The translations under genes and the position numbers were made by a program. A stretch of 64,000 nt of DNA, counting the filler, from Porpidia crustulata (taxonomy: Eukaryota), in assembly GCA_964255105.1 (NCBI GenBank). It is 4 parts of 4 records of this genome, joined end to end, with 100 filler letters (N's around TTAATTAATTAA, not from the genome) between each part and the next. Parts side by side here need not be neighbours in the genome. Positions count along the whole stretch, not along the records: positions 1 to 16,638 come from CAXUWE010000250.1; positions 16,739 to 33,339 come from CAXUWE010000251.1; 2 more parts are not named here. The stretch is one strand, 5' to 3'. Below, piece after piece: positions 11,050-24,145 of this stretch. The notes beneath the pieces were generated by a model. It was not told the origin of the DNA. It saw nothing but the letters and a program-made list of their open reading frames with translations, and made no database searches. How positions within the stretch are numbered: the first letter of the stretch is position 1; each line of letters opens with the position of its first letter.

Positions 11050-11157
11050 AAGCTCGGAGCTTCAACAACGCGTATCCTTCAAGCTGCCTAGACGAAAGTA
11101 GTATCCATATCTCTCAACCAAGCACTCCAATAATTCATTCTCGAAAGCTTAGGAGCT
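11050..11157 (+). promoter_or_regulatory. Two GGAGCT elements upstream of the proteasome gene; candidate proteasome-regulon sites
   Basis: GGAGCT at 11056-11061 (within palindrome GAAGCTCGGAGCTTC) and 11152-11157, within 160 bp of the ATG. I recall GGAGCT being reported as enriched upstream of proteasome genes in filamentous ascomycetes. Confidence 0.45.
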
Positions 11158-11210
11158 ACTGCTGAATCTCTCCACTTATTATTCCTCAACCTCGCCCCGG
11201 GGCTCTTACA

Positions 11211-12143
11211 ATGGAGATGCCAGTAACGGGGATGCTTAGAGAAGGTTCACTCACAAATGCGACTGGCTTGATGCCTTAGCTGATGGATCAGTAGATGGTA
11301 TACATGTAGATATGGACCATTTAAAGAAGGGCGAAGTAAAGTACGTAACATCCATGCGCTTTTTCAGATTCTCGACTAAACATATCCCATGCAGTCTTGG
11401 AACTTCAATGTACGTCGTTCCCTCCGCCGCTTACGAATGCTCATTTCCGCGTCGTTAACCGCCGTGCTACAGTATGGCTATCAACTTCGCGGACGGGGTC
11501 ATCCTCGGCGCTGACTCCCGAACTACCACTGGTGCCTACATTGCCAATCGTGTCACGGATAAGCTCACACAGGTGCACGACACCATCTGGTGCTGCCGGT
11601 CAGGCTCCGCGGCAGACACCCAAGCCGTTGCAGACATTGTACAATACCACCTCGGCATGTATGGAATAGAAAATAATGAGCCGCCGAGTGTCGAGACGGC
11701 GGCATCGATTTTCCAGGACCTGTGTTATGACAATAAGGACCAGTTGAGGTAGGTCACCGCTGACTCTCCGCGGCGCTACGTAGATAGCCTGTCCTAATGT
11801 CTTTACTCGAAATAGTGCAGGCATAATAATAGCAGGCTATACACCTTCCCACGGCGGCGCTGTCTATAGCATCCCACTTGGAGGAAGTTTACACAAGCAA
11901 TCTTACGCCATCGGCGGCTCCGGCTCAACCTACATCTACGGCTACTGCGACTCGTACTGGAAAGAGAACATGTCGGAGGCCGAGGGAGTGAACTTTGTCA
12001 AGGGAGCGCTGAAGGAGGCTATAAGGTGGGACGGGTCGAGTGGAGGTGTAATACGGATGGTGGTGTTGACGAAGAAGGGGGTTGTGAGGCATCTTTATCT
12101 ACCGGATCAAGCATATAGGGGACCGGGTGCTCAGAAGATTTAG
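11211..12143 (+). CDS. PRE3: 20S proteasome subunit beta type-1, multi-exon
   Basis: Propeptide LKKGEVNLG, then [83 protein letters not shown]; stop TAG 12141-12143. Confidence 0.96.
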
Positions 12144-13425
12144 TAGACTCAACGTTGAGAAGCACTTAATGTCACCTCATGACAGAGTCGTCCACTTTGA
12201 AGCTATGAAATTGTCATCATTAATCGACTCTCGGTTACCACCACGATGGTTTCGCATCAAAATTGACGGCAGCTCCGGCCCTTCGAAGCTCTCCAAGCTT
12301 ATTTCCTGAGCCCTCAGCTTTGATGGAAGATGAACACACAGAATACACCGAAGACAAGGAAAGAGGTCGGCACATGAAATGACGCATGAGAAGAACAACG
12401 TATATTGTATGCTACCTCAACAGTAGCCCTTGTACATTTCGTGTTTATGGACGTTTGACTGCCAATGCGCCCTCCACGTAGTTGAAGCCCCCCTTCTGCA
12501 AGTGATAATGTGTCGATTCCCGGGTCGATGTAATTCAAGATCATTTCACATCGGTGTTTTGTATTCCAACTAGACAATGATGTCGAATCCGCGTTATTTC
12601 GTCATTGTTGCTGCTAGGAAATTCGTCGACAAGACCATCTGTTTCGCATAAAGTGGATCGTGCTGCTATAGTTACTCAATGTAATGTCGAGTAATAAGAA
12701 GGTTTCTCAGTAAAGAAGGCGCTTGGACTCTCGCATCAGATTAGTGACATGATAAAAGGCGTCTGGGCGCACGCCGGCGCCAAAATCAAATTGGAGAGTA
12801 TTAGCCACACGGTAATAATAGATCATCGTCACTCCTACCAATCAGCGTTCGAGTATCGTACTGCAGTTTAAACGACAATATTTGTCCCATCTTGGTAATT
12901 GACGATACTCTTATCAACGGCTCGTATAGATTGCTCGTCCGATACTGACGGACTGTGTGAAGGGTCTAGACGGAGACAAGGTATCAGGAATGCTTCAACA
13001 GGTAAGTGCGATGACTCTTCTTGCCTACCTATGGGGAAGTGGAAATCCAGTGTCGTATAAAACCCGTAAGTTGAACGAAGGAGGAAAGAAGGCGAGGCCG
13101 TGTGCTACCCCAGCTTTGTTGTGCCCCGGACGTCCAGGCCGTGTAGAGTGGATACACGCCATTGCTGCTATCTATCGATTCCGCCTAACGAGGGAGAGAA
13201 ATACCACAATCTTTTGGTTCCACAACCGCATCGCACGGACACCCCCATTCATCAGGCCCATCATCCGCCACAGATGACAGCTTCGGCTTCACTCTGGCTC
13301 TTATGGGTAGCAACATCAATTAGTCAATCAGATCCTCCCTACTGTTATTCGGCTTCTTGAGCTACGAGCACCTGTCACACCTCTTCTCACATTCCTTACC
13401 ACCCAAAGCAAGGCGATAAGCTGAC

Positions 13426-14973
13426 ATGGCCACTGTATTATCCAGCGACATTACACCCGATACTGCGCGCTTCCCCTACACAATGGTAGTTGGAGACGTG
13501 CATCCGATGTCTTCGACGAGATCTGAATCAACCCAGAACCTCTCAGCATTGGCCCATGCCTCACGCCTACCCAACGCCCCGACAACTCAAGCGCGATACC
13601 CTACGACTTCTGCCACAACTACCCCGTTTGCAAATGCAAATTCCAGCAACAGACCGCGCTCAGCCTCACATACCATCCCATCAAGTACACCAATATCGGT
13701 CTCACAATCTCGTAGGACGGTGCAGACTATCGTCCCAGAATCAACACCACATCATCCGACGCAACACCATGGCGTGCATCCAGCAACGCAGGGCTACGGG
13801 CAGAACTATCATCCACTCGCTCAAGTATCCGAAAACAGCATCGCGACACCACCGTCACCGCGTTTACAACCAACCCAGCGATCGACCTTGTCTTTCAGCG
13901 AGTCGTGTTCGACATCACCAAACCGTATAAAGGTGAGGGACCTGAACCATATACAGTCTTTTGCGAGTGAGGAGATGCTCTCGAAGTCGAACCATGGATC
14001 AAGACATTCTCTAGGAGGACGGCAAGACGGAGGGGGCCAGCAGTACGAGATTAGTGCCATGCCCGTTACAGATATTATCGAGATGGTCGCTGGTCTTTTG
14101 ACCAAGATCACCACTACAAACGATCGCCAGCACGAACATCTACATCGACATATACCTCCTCCAGAAGGTACGATAGGATTAAGCGAACAAGCAAAAAGCG
14201 TCCTTGCTTTCCATGGGAAGAATGTTCCCAGTATCACTATTATGAGCTATCTGAGTCGTATCCACAAGTACTGCCCCACTACCTACGAAGTATTCTTAAG
14301 CCTGCTGGTTTATTTCGACCGCATGACCGAAATGGTCAACAGTGAATTTGCGAATCCAGGCCAGGATCGTAGCGAACGCGTCCAACGGGAAAAACGGCAG
14401 CCGAGCAGTGCGAGCTCCCACGACTCGGCCGCACGTACCGTAGTGATCACTCCACCTCCATCTGATATTTCAGAAGCGGGAGATCAGACTATACTTAGCC
14501 ATTCCCCGTCAATGCCACCAGCATTTGCTCAAGATCTGGATTCCTACAACCTCTCCCACTTCTTCGTTGTCGACAGCTTCAACATTCACCGCCTTGTCAT
14601 TGCGGGCGTTACCTGCGCCAGCAAGTTCTTTTCTGACGTCTTTTACACCAACTCACGGTATGCCAAGGTAAGACCATTCCTCAGCCTTTCCAACGGCAAT
14701 CTAGTCCTGTCTAGTCATCCTTGTGCAGCATAACCCCATCCGTTCGTTGGAAAGCGACATGATATGCTAATGACCATCCTACCTTAGGTCGGCGGACTTC
14801 CCCTCAACGAGTTGAATTCGCTTGAAATGCAATTCCTGCTTCTCAACGACTTTCGATTATCAGTACCCGTTGAGGAGCTAGAAGCGTACGGCACTATGCT
14901 GGTGGAATTCTATGCCAGCGAGGTGGTATCACAGCAAGAGGGATTGTACATGCAGACACCTACACCGCCCTAG
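13426..14973 (+). CDS. Pho85 cyclin, Pcl6/Pcl7-like (PHO80 family)
   Basis: FHGKNVPSITIMSYLSRIHKYCP, FNIHRLVIAGVTCASKFFSDVFYTNSRYAK, intron 14668-14787, then VGGLPLNELNSLEMQFL; stop TAG 14971-14973. Confidence 0.92.
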
Positions 14974-15402
14974 GCCTCCAAGTGGACCGAGCAAAGTAAC
15001 ACTCTGAGGTGTACTTCAGGTCATGACACACCATACCACATTTAACATTTCAGCCTACCTATTCTGACGCAACAGATTTCCACCTCCACTTCTTTCCTCT
15101 CAACCACTTATCCTCCGCCGCTCCGTACCGTCCAATCGTTTTACCATTACCGGGAGTAAAAACCAACATAGATTTCCTCCACCCGCAGATTTCATTTCAA
15201 CAGGCGCGCAATACCCACGTCTTCTCTTTTCGATCCACGCGCACCTCGGCTCAAATTCGAGGATACGACCTTCATGACAGACTTATTCGGCGCATTTGTT
15301 AATTCTTATTCAATTCCTGCAGGGGTATGGGCGAGGACGACGTCAAGATGATTGGCTAGGGGAAGGGCGGTCGACTGGGGGAAGGGGCCTACTGGCGGAG
15401 TT

Positions 15403-15915
15403 TCAAGTAGCTGTGGTGCATGCCATTGGGATGCGTGGGAGCCAGGGAAAGAATTGACTCGCAATCTCCATCGTTCCTATTGCGCGCTGGAGAAGGGGGC
15501 GGGGGCGAGCATTTAGAGGCGTTGTTTGGCCGTTTGGCATACATCGGTAGGGTGAAACAGAATGAATCGGTACGTCGCTCGGCTTGGCTTTGGTTTCAAT
15601 CATCTCACCGCTTTCAATAATTTCACCGATGTTCTCGTGCTTTGACTGCTCTGATGTCTCGAGGGAGAAACAAATAGTCGATGCTTCCTGGCTTGGGTGC
15701 TTCAGGGAACACGATACTTTTGATTCATCCGGCCTTAGTAGCGCCCTCAAACCGAATGAATTTTTCGGGCTCTTGGGGAGGTTGCCGGCCGTGCTGTATA
15801 GTGCCGACGTTGGCTTGGTCGTGATCGCTCAACCCTTGAACATCCTCGCGGCGGATGATGGCCCAGCTGAGGGGAATGTCTTCTCCATCTCGAAATCACG
15901 GGGCCTTCTGTCTAC
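15403..15915 (-). pseudogene. Possible orphan gene fragment with one in-frame TGA (15831-15829)
   Basis: Frame of ORF 15403-15750 reads upstream to a possible acceptor TAG at 15916-15918 with a single TGA. No homology recognised. Confidence 0.25.
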
Positions 15916-16638
15916 CTAGTCGTGCTAGTATGAGCTTGAGACACGACCCGTTTGGCGTGGCGGGATGATGCGCGCTTGAAGCGGTTACTCTAGGCAGCGG
16001 ATGTGCGGATGTGGCTGCGGGGCGGGACGGCGGGATGGCGGGATAGTTATACCAAGGTAGATTGATTCTGGATTAGCTAAATAAACAATGTGATACTTGA
16101 CATTACACCCATCGACGCCGGTGGTTCGTCCAGTGTGCTGGTAAGATTACTGTCAGTGTTGTGTATAATCGTTGTCTGCATAATTTGGTATGCAGTCGAT
16201 TCGGCTGGATCAGGAGAGGAGAGTTTTGGTTGATATTGCTTTGTGTTTCGATTCGAACACGTCACACACAATGTAAAACACTGGAGGCATCGTCAACTGA
16301 TCAGTTGAATCCGTCTTCAACCACTCAGCGAAGTGAGTCGGCCGCCATTGAATTAGATGGTGGTGATTGAAGTATACGCGTGATTGAGCGGGAACTGATG
16401 ATTGTCATTCCAAATCCAATCGAAAGGAATGTAATGATTGCAGGGCTACATGAAACTTACACGCATGATGATTATAACACAATCATGTTGCGTGTGAGAT
16501 GTCAGGTAATTAAATTCGCGTTGTTGATGTGTCGCAGATTTTCATGAGATTTGCGACTGTCCTGAACACGCTGCGTTAATAATGTCGAGATTCAATTATG
16601 CAGCACAAATTTTGCAACACGCTCACAACGCTGTACGC

Positions 16639-16738
16639 NNNNNNNNNNNNNNNNNNNNNNNNNNNNNNNNNNNNNNNNNNNNTTAATTAATTAANNNNNN
16701 NNNNNNNNNNNNNNNNNNNNNNNNNNNNNNNNNNNNNN
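16639..16738. other. Artificial scaffold spacer (44N-TTAATTAATTAA-44N)
   Basis: Exactly 100 nt with a six-frame stop linker; identical to the two other gaps. Confidence 0.97.
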
Positions 16739-17285
16739 ACTCAAAAGCGTCGGCGCTCAATAACTCATCAAAGTTCCGAAAACCCACTTTTGTAGAAAAT
16801 CATTTGGCTATCCCCTTAGCTCTCCCTCTACCATAAAACACGGAAAGGCACCTAGAGCGAAGCATCGGAGAAGCGTTCAAGATGAAAAATGACAACGTAT
16901 AGATTCCATTACCCAAATGCCAAACCCAACCCAGCTCAACCTAACCCAACCTAATCTGAGCTCGAGACAAGAATATATGACAATAAACTCTCCACGTCTC
17001 CGCCATCTGTGAAAAAAACTATCCGAGACAAAAATGCCGCCTTCGGCCTTTCCGACAGGCCCGCTTTCTCCAAGCCAAAAGCCTGCTTCTTTGTTTTTAC
17101 ATGTCCCTCGTCTCCGCCCAACATTCTCTACCTCGACAACGACAACAATATCCTCAATCCAAACAAACAGGTTTCCGCCCAACTTGGATGCAAAAAAACA
17201 GGTAAGAATTGGCATTTCGCTTGGAAGTGTGCTCGTGGTTGGTATACGCGACGGTATTGGTGGAAACGATGCTGGTGCTGGTATG

Positions 17286-17330
17286 GGAAACAGTGAATAC
17301 GACTAGGAAACAGTGAATAAAACTAGGAAA
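17286..17330. repeat. 20-nt tandem repeat (~2.3 copies) downstream of veA
   Basis: GGAAACAGTGAATACGACTA-GGAAACAGTGAATAAAACTA-GGAAA. Confidence 0.75.
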
Positions 17331-17553
17331 GTACAGGTGGAAGGACATTGAGAAAATGCAAAAGGTCAAAGGGCGTGTGGAGAACATGGTTGAGTCGTGA
17401 CCGCCAACGCCGGTCGTGATAGCTGCTAAACTTCATCGTGCAGCACCGCCGTGCTCCTCCAATTGGCCAAAGGTATCCATTCAAACACCGTGCGGCGTTC
17501 ATGCTTCAAAATTTACTAGCGGAACGGTAGTAAAAGAGACTGTCTCCAAGCAG

Positions 17554-19379
17554 TCACTCCGAAATCGGAGACGGGCACTTCTTCAATTGCTGGGTGCCAT
17601 CGGCACGTTTGTACGACAGTAGCTTTTTAAAATCCTGGTCGTAGTCATCCTCTAGAGCTTCGTCGGTCTCAACCTGAACAACATCTTGCCCTTGGTTAAC
17701 GGGTCGCATGCCACCATGCATGGGTTGGTTCAAGTGAGTCGAGTCAAAGACGGAGCCAAAAGCACGTTTGCCGAGATGGGATGAGCCGGCAGATTGTACT
17801 GTAGCAGGGTACGGTGTGGTGAACATCGGCGCGCTATCATATATTGGTGTTGAGGGGGCAATATTTGGCGGCGGTACTGCAGAAGCGGGCAGGGCTGGTT
17901 CGTACTTACTTGCTATCGGTGGCTGCAACGTCTTCAATGGTGGTAAGACTTGTACGTTGGTAGGAGTTGTGGCTCGCGGCACAGGTGCCGGTACAGGCTG
18001 TGGATACCATTGTTGCTGTGCCGAAAGTGGACGATTTTCCGGGGGAGGGTAAGTGTTTACTTGCTGGCCTGGGAAGATCGGATTGTTCACAATGCCTGAA
18101 GCACGGCGGTAGTCGTTGAGGGGGCGATATTCCTTGGAATCGGCGTAAGACTGCTGGTACTGTGGCTGTTGAGGGGCCTGGGGTTGTTGGATTCCAAAAT
18201 TGTTTCTTGGAATCGACATTTGCCGATTGTGATTGGTCGGATACTGGAAACCATTGCCAGTAGCTATATAGTTTTGTGTTGATTGTGATGGCGGCGCTGG
18301 AGGTGGCTGGAATGACGGCGCGGCATACTGGTTATTGTTGGAGCCACCAAACGCCAGGTGCGATGTGTAATTGTTGAGCGGCTGGGTAGACTGTACCGGT
18401 GGAGGAGGCTGTTGGAAGTTGGGCTGATGGAAAAACGACATGTCCTGGGCAGACTGTCGACGTTGCTCTGCACCGTACGGTGTTGGGGGATCTATGCTGG
18501 TGTGGCTCGTTGACCTTGGACGATCTGGCATCTGCGGTTGCCCATATGGATCCGGTGTTACATGAGACCGTACATAATGGTTCTCCTCGTCATATTCATC
18601 ATAGCCTTGACCTGCTTTCGTGTCCCGTCTCCTCATACGAACATCTCGCCTGATTCTTACTCGACAGCCTTGCTCGGCAACAACACGGCTGAGCGGGGTG
18701 CTCTCTGCAAGACCAGGGAATTTCTTGGCGCTGAAGACGTGGAAAGGGACCGACTTGACTTCGAGGCGAAAGTTTACATGATCACGCGGTGACATTGGAT
18801 TCGTTGGCGAACTATTCCGGTCCTCACCATTCGGACTAGCGGTTGCAGACTCGTTGTCGGCGTCTTTGCTCTCCTTAAGTTCCTCGAACAAATTGAAGCT
18901 CAGTCTATATTTACCCTCGTGGCGAACAGACAAATCGGGAAAGATGAAATAGCCTGCAGGATCGGGTCTATCCAGGTACGCCATACCAGCAACGGGCGTG
19001 CCGGTCAAGACCGGGAACGGCGTCGGTACCTGTGGAACACGGCCTTGGTTGATAGGACGAGCAGATTCGAGGGTAGTGTAGAGGAAGAAGTTGGCATTGT
19101 AGGAAAAGGTAATGTCGTTCTTCGCTTCTCCTTCGAATATGCGAAGCTGGACGACTGGAGGCGGATCTACAGGGCGACGATCTGCGGACGCTGCGAGACT
19201 GTTAGATGCTATTTCACAAAGGAGAGGGATGGCAACGCACATTTGGCTCCCGAACCACATGCACGGGCTCGTTCTGGCTTTTGAATGACCTCCATTTCGT
19301 ACGTCAACTGCCTTCCCTCCTTCGTCACCCGACTCATTGAGCTCTTCGTCTCATTGCTAACCGGTAGGATGCTTGCCAT
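17554..19379 (-). CDS. veA: Velvet complex regulator VeA
   Basis: ATG 19379 [46 protein letters not shown], intron 19240-19191, [64 protein letters not shown]-rich region, C-terminal YKRADG. Confidence 0.96.
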
Positions 19380-22300
19380 GGCAACAGCTCCAGAGGTATA
19401 TCCAAGTCTCTATTCCCGAATTATCTTCGATGGCACGGCAGTAGGATCGAGAGACGAGAATCCGTCGACTGTCCCGCGCATACAAACCAAGTAACTGGCT
19501 ATTCCTTCGATGTCAAAGACGGAGACTAAATTGTGTCGCAAATAGTTGTGATTGGGGAAGTGCCAGACAGTCAACCGAATGTTAACGTCCTGATATTGTG
19601 TTAGATTTTACCATGTCACTGGGTTTCCAAGAGTTTTGAGCTGATTTGTGGGAAACGAGTAACCAAGATGGTGGGACAAGCGATGAAAACCCAACTTACA
19701 GTGATTGATGTGATTATCGATCCAAGCCTTTCAAGTGATCTCCTTGACGGTCATATGAGAATTAATATAGTAACACGATCAAGGTTCGTATGTTTGTCCA
19801 ATGTCGACCTTGATTGTATCGAGTAAGAAGGTGACCTGGAGGCTGCGACGAGTTGTTGGCGGTTGTCGGATGCGTTCCCGCGACCCTAATCGTAGGGAAT
19901 TAATCCAATCTATTGCAGGTTGGAAGGACTCTCGCTTTCCAATGAATCTTCCCCAGTGCCAGTGTCGGGAAGGCCCAGATTACTTGAGGTATGAGCGATA
20001 GATGATTGACCAGTATTATGGACAGAAGAGATGGAGGCAAATGTAAACTCGGGTAAGGATGACCACGGCTGAAGAAGAGTAAGAGTAAGAGTAAGAAATG
20101 ACCCTCCACGATACCACCATACCAAATTCCGGAGAGAGTGCGGAATACCTACTCTTAGGGTACCGCCTAGCCTGCGACTTACTTAGCGCAAACGATGCCA
20201 AGAGTGGTGAAGAGACTACGAGACAAAGTAGTACTACCAGCTTTAACCACAACCACCTAAGAGACCAGAAGGCGTCTGCTCCTCCTCAATTCCCCCCTCT
20301 TCCCTTGTCCCCTTTTCCCCCTAAGTCAGCCACTAACGTCTCAATGGGTCGCTGACGTTAAGCTAAAAGCGAGCACTTTCGGGGCGATCCACAGGCGGCC
20401 GACCAATGTCCAGCAAGTTCACCGCCCATATTTTAGCTGCTCAAGCAGTGGGCACTACTGCTAGAGCTCCCAGCAAAAGGATGCGGGACGACGAAACTTA
20501 GGAGCTGGCTCTGCGGCCAATCACATCCGTCCCAATAATGCCCCGGCACCACTTTCAAGTCCTCGACCGCAAAGGTGGGTTCACCCCAGTGTCAGGCACT
20601 ACCACCACTACCTACCAGAGTAAGAGGCTGGGGGCTAATCAAGCAGCGACAGGGCATACTGCACCCAGAAATTGATTGGGATGGCTACACAGCTGGCTGC
20701 GTTGCATATTCCCACAATTCCACATACTTTTGCGGAAAGCAGACCAGACCACTGAGTCGTTTTACCCACGATCTTTTACTTCCTAACAAGGAGTGTGGTC
20801 GTTGCGGGTTCCAGATGAAGAGCATAGGCCACTACCTGCGCCTGCATCCATCAACACCCAAGTAAATACCATTTAGTGCACTACTACCCCTAAGCCATAC
20901 CCTCTCGTCACGACTTCCTAATCATTGTCGCAACCAAGATCCACCTCTAGCTCCAGGAAGCCCAGGGGTTACGCTACCAGCTACGGAGTGTCCGTGTGGA
21001 GAACACTCGTAGGCTCGTAGCGGACCGAGAGGAGTTCTAAACAAGCTTACAAAATCCATGCTCTAAATCAGCCATTCTACGACTAATGAAAGCCCAGTCA
21101 TCACCGTTTCCAACATTATTATATTGGAGCACGGGCTTTCCTCAGGAATCATTAACACTATGAATTTTGTTGATGATCGATTGGTCCTAGTCATGTTTGA
21201 ATCTAACAGATGATACAAATCCGAGGATGACAAAAGACATAGAGTGCTGAGTCTGAGAGTCAACAATCAACAGCAGCCATGGTGGCTCTGCAGCTCAGCT
21301 GCTTAACCGATGGACCCTGATAGCGGGTCTCAATTGGTGGCAAACGTTGAAGTGTACGAAGGCGTTCATGCATATCCTCATGCATTGCCCGAGCACCTTG
21401 AGTGAATCAGCCCCAAGTGTTATTAATCCGGGAGTGTTTACCCTAGTGGCAATGTGATGATAAATGGGTTAATGGCATCTGGAGTGGACAATTGGTAACT
21501 AACTACTGCTACCAGTTGGCAATAAAAAGTATCTTACCATACTTTAAGATAGCTCTCTACCATGGTCGCGTACGCCGCGCAGTCGGTTCCGCTCGCTATT
21601 GGCCACTCAGCAGTCCCAACCCTACTCTTTCTCAGTCGTCTATTTCGCAGCCTTTCTCTCAAAGTTAATGGCTTGATTTACTACTGTGGTCCGGTTAGTA
21701 GCTCACAATTGTATTTGGGATTCTGGATCTAGGATTCGAGCCTCCACGTCGGTAGGATTATTGGGTTATCGAATAATAGGAATTGAGTACCCGGCAACGC
21801 AGCATGCATGAATGCACGCTGTTAATCTATCCTCTTTCGGCCTGTGGCAGGTTGGGGAAATAATCTTATTCGGCACAAGTCACAGAAGATTCGTTCGCAT
21901 CTTCTTAGATGCGCCCGAAGCGAGAGGCTGCAGTCTACGTTCCCAAGATATACCTTGGCCTAGATCAAGTGTCAAATAAGCCTAGCAAGGACCTCTATTC
22001 TTTTGTAGCGCCGTAAAACTACCACTGACGAGGTACAGAACTTCTCATTACTGCGACCCCTTTAAACATATATTGTCATATATTTACTTTATTGCTATCA
22101 TATTAGTCGAAAATAGGCGGAGTGGAAGGGACACCAAAAGTCCCAAACAAGCCACGCACGCACTTATCCATCCGCTGCGACAAAGGGCTGGTGGCATGAC
22201 TCGTGTTGTCCGTCCCACCAAATCCCAATCAACAGGCTTTGCGGCTAACCGTTCGGCACACAAATCGTTTAAGCTTGCTTGGCTCTGGGCTACGTGGGTT

Positions 22301-24145
22301 ACGACTTACGAGGACGGTAACTTTTCGCATCTCTTCCATCGCTTGCCGCAAAACTCAAATACATCCATGCAGATCGTGGATACACTCTACAGGCCAATCT
22401 GAAGGAAAGCTCGGATGCAGCAATCATCCCCTTCACTGGCAGACAGATAGACAAGGAGTAGGGATCATCCATGATCTGGGATCTCGCAAGATAAAATACA
22501 CAACTCGACGAAGACTGGAAATGGGGAGCGGCAGCATTGACACCACCAGCATGCTTCTGATGATAGCCGTTGCACATGCGTGCATGCCGAACATGTAGTT
22601 GTGACTTACCGGTCATCCACTTGCATTTCCGTCCAGATATCCGCAATGCACCGACAATGAGCTACCTCACAAGAGATCGCCAGTCATGGCAAGAGCCAAT
22701 CAATATCGTGTTTCAAGGTACTTGGTTTTAAGCTCGTACGCGCTGCTCTTACAGTTGCTATATCGAGTCCTTGTATTGGCCGATCATGACCTCGGATCTC
22801 CCTGCCGATGCGCGGAGCCGTCGCGGTGTCTAAGGGCACTGGTGACTGCATCGACTATCACTTTGTGTACTATCAAGTTGCTAAACGCAGCTTATCTTGT
22901 CTGTTACGCCATCCTGAATCTCCATCCTACGTTCCTGTCCTGCAACATCGAGCTTCAACGATCACACTAGCCCTTCATATCAATATCATTAGGCACACTA
23001 ATCTTTGATATTTGCACGGGAGTAGTGTGCACCTTCATTCAGCTGTTTGACTCGTTGGATGCCATTGCAAACGTTTCTTCTATAATTTAGTCTTTTGAAG
23101 CTCTCTTTTCATTTCCAACTATCTACAGTCAGTTTCATGAGTAGCACTTTTTCAGAAGACCGTATCAACCTGTATACTTGTTATCTGGTTCAGTATTGAA
23201 GGAAACAACCACAGCTCTATGCTCTAATGAAGATATGCTTCACGCCGTTCACGGTAAAATATCGGGCCCGTTTGCCATGCTCGATACAAATTGTTAGGCC
23301 TCACCTCCAATCTGTGTTATCCCGTTTTCTGTCCTGGCCTTCTTTGTCGTAATACCATGTCTGGGGAAAAGATGTCTGTCCGTGTATTTCACACACACCA
23401 ACGAAGTCTGATGACCGCACGTGTCCATGTGACCATGACTTCTTTCCACGCAAAGTCACTGGACAGAAAACTCGGATCTGAGTGACTGTAGGAGTCCAGG
23501 GAAACCAGTTCCTCACTCAACAACTATTCATTGCAAGTGAATCATGAATATCTTTCATTCTCGCTATACAAACGGGGACACGGAACTCTTCATCATCCAA
23601 CAACGCGTTAACACCTCAAGTCACCGTCGCTTGTATTTCTAATTCAAGTCTCACGTTATTGGTAGCTGTCTGCGTCGTCATTGCCGGTCCACAACCTCAC
23701 TATTGGCTTGACTAGCTATTCAAGAAAGACTCAAGTCTTTCAATGGTCTCATCGCCATTGAGCTATGTTAGCAGTATTAGACTTTGTATCGAATATCATA
23801 ATTAGGATGGTGAAGGACAATCGTGATAATTAACAGCAGACTTTGGAAAGCGAGGAGCGATTTACCGGAATAGTCCTCGAACTACTTCATGTATTTTATC
23901 AGCGGAGACCCTTGATCATAGAACATAGCTGGATTCAATTATTTGTTGTCGAATTTAGTAGAGAAATGTGGTTCAAGCTAGCGCGTAATCTATTGCGGCT
24001 AGAGCAAGCAGAATTGCTTGTATCATTGCTTGTGGGCTTTTGTGCTTTACAAATGAATCAAAGAAAGTTCGCTGCTCCATGAGCGATACGCTCAAACCGT
24101 TGTAGATGATGGCGCGAGTCAACGACCACATGAGGCACTATTGTT

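Noticed and set aside
17554..19260. ORF-track start of VeA at 19260
   Set aside because: Reads through the intron; the conserved N-terminus begins at ATG 19379 in the upstream exon.
21731..21745. B-box-like GGCTCGAATCC on the minus strand, and GGTTCGACACC near 29018
   Set aside because: No cloverleaf or A-box could be built around either; no tRNA called.
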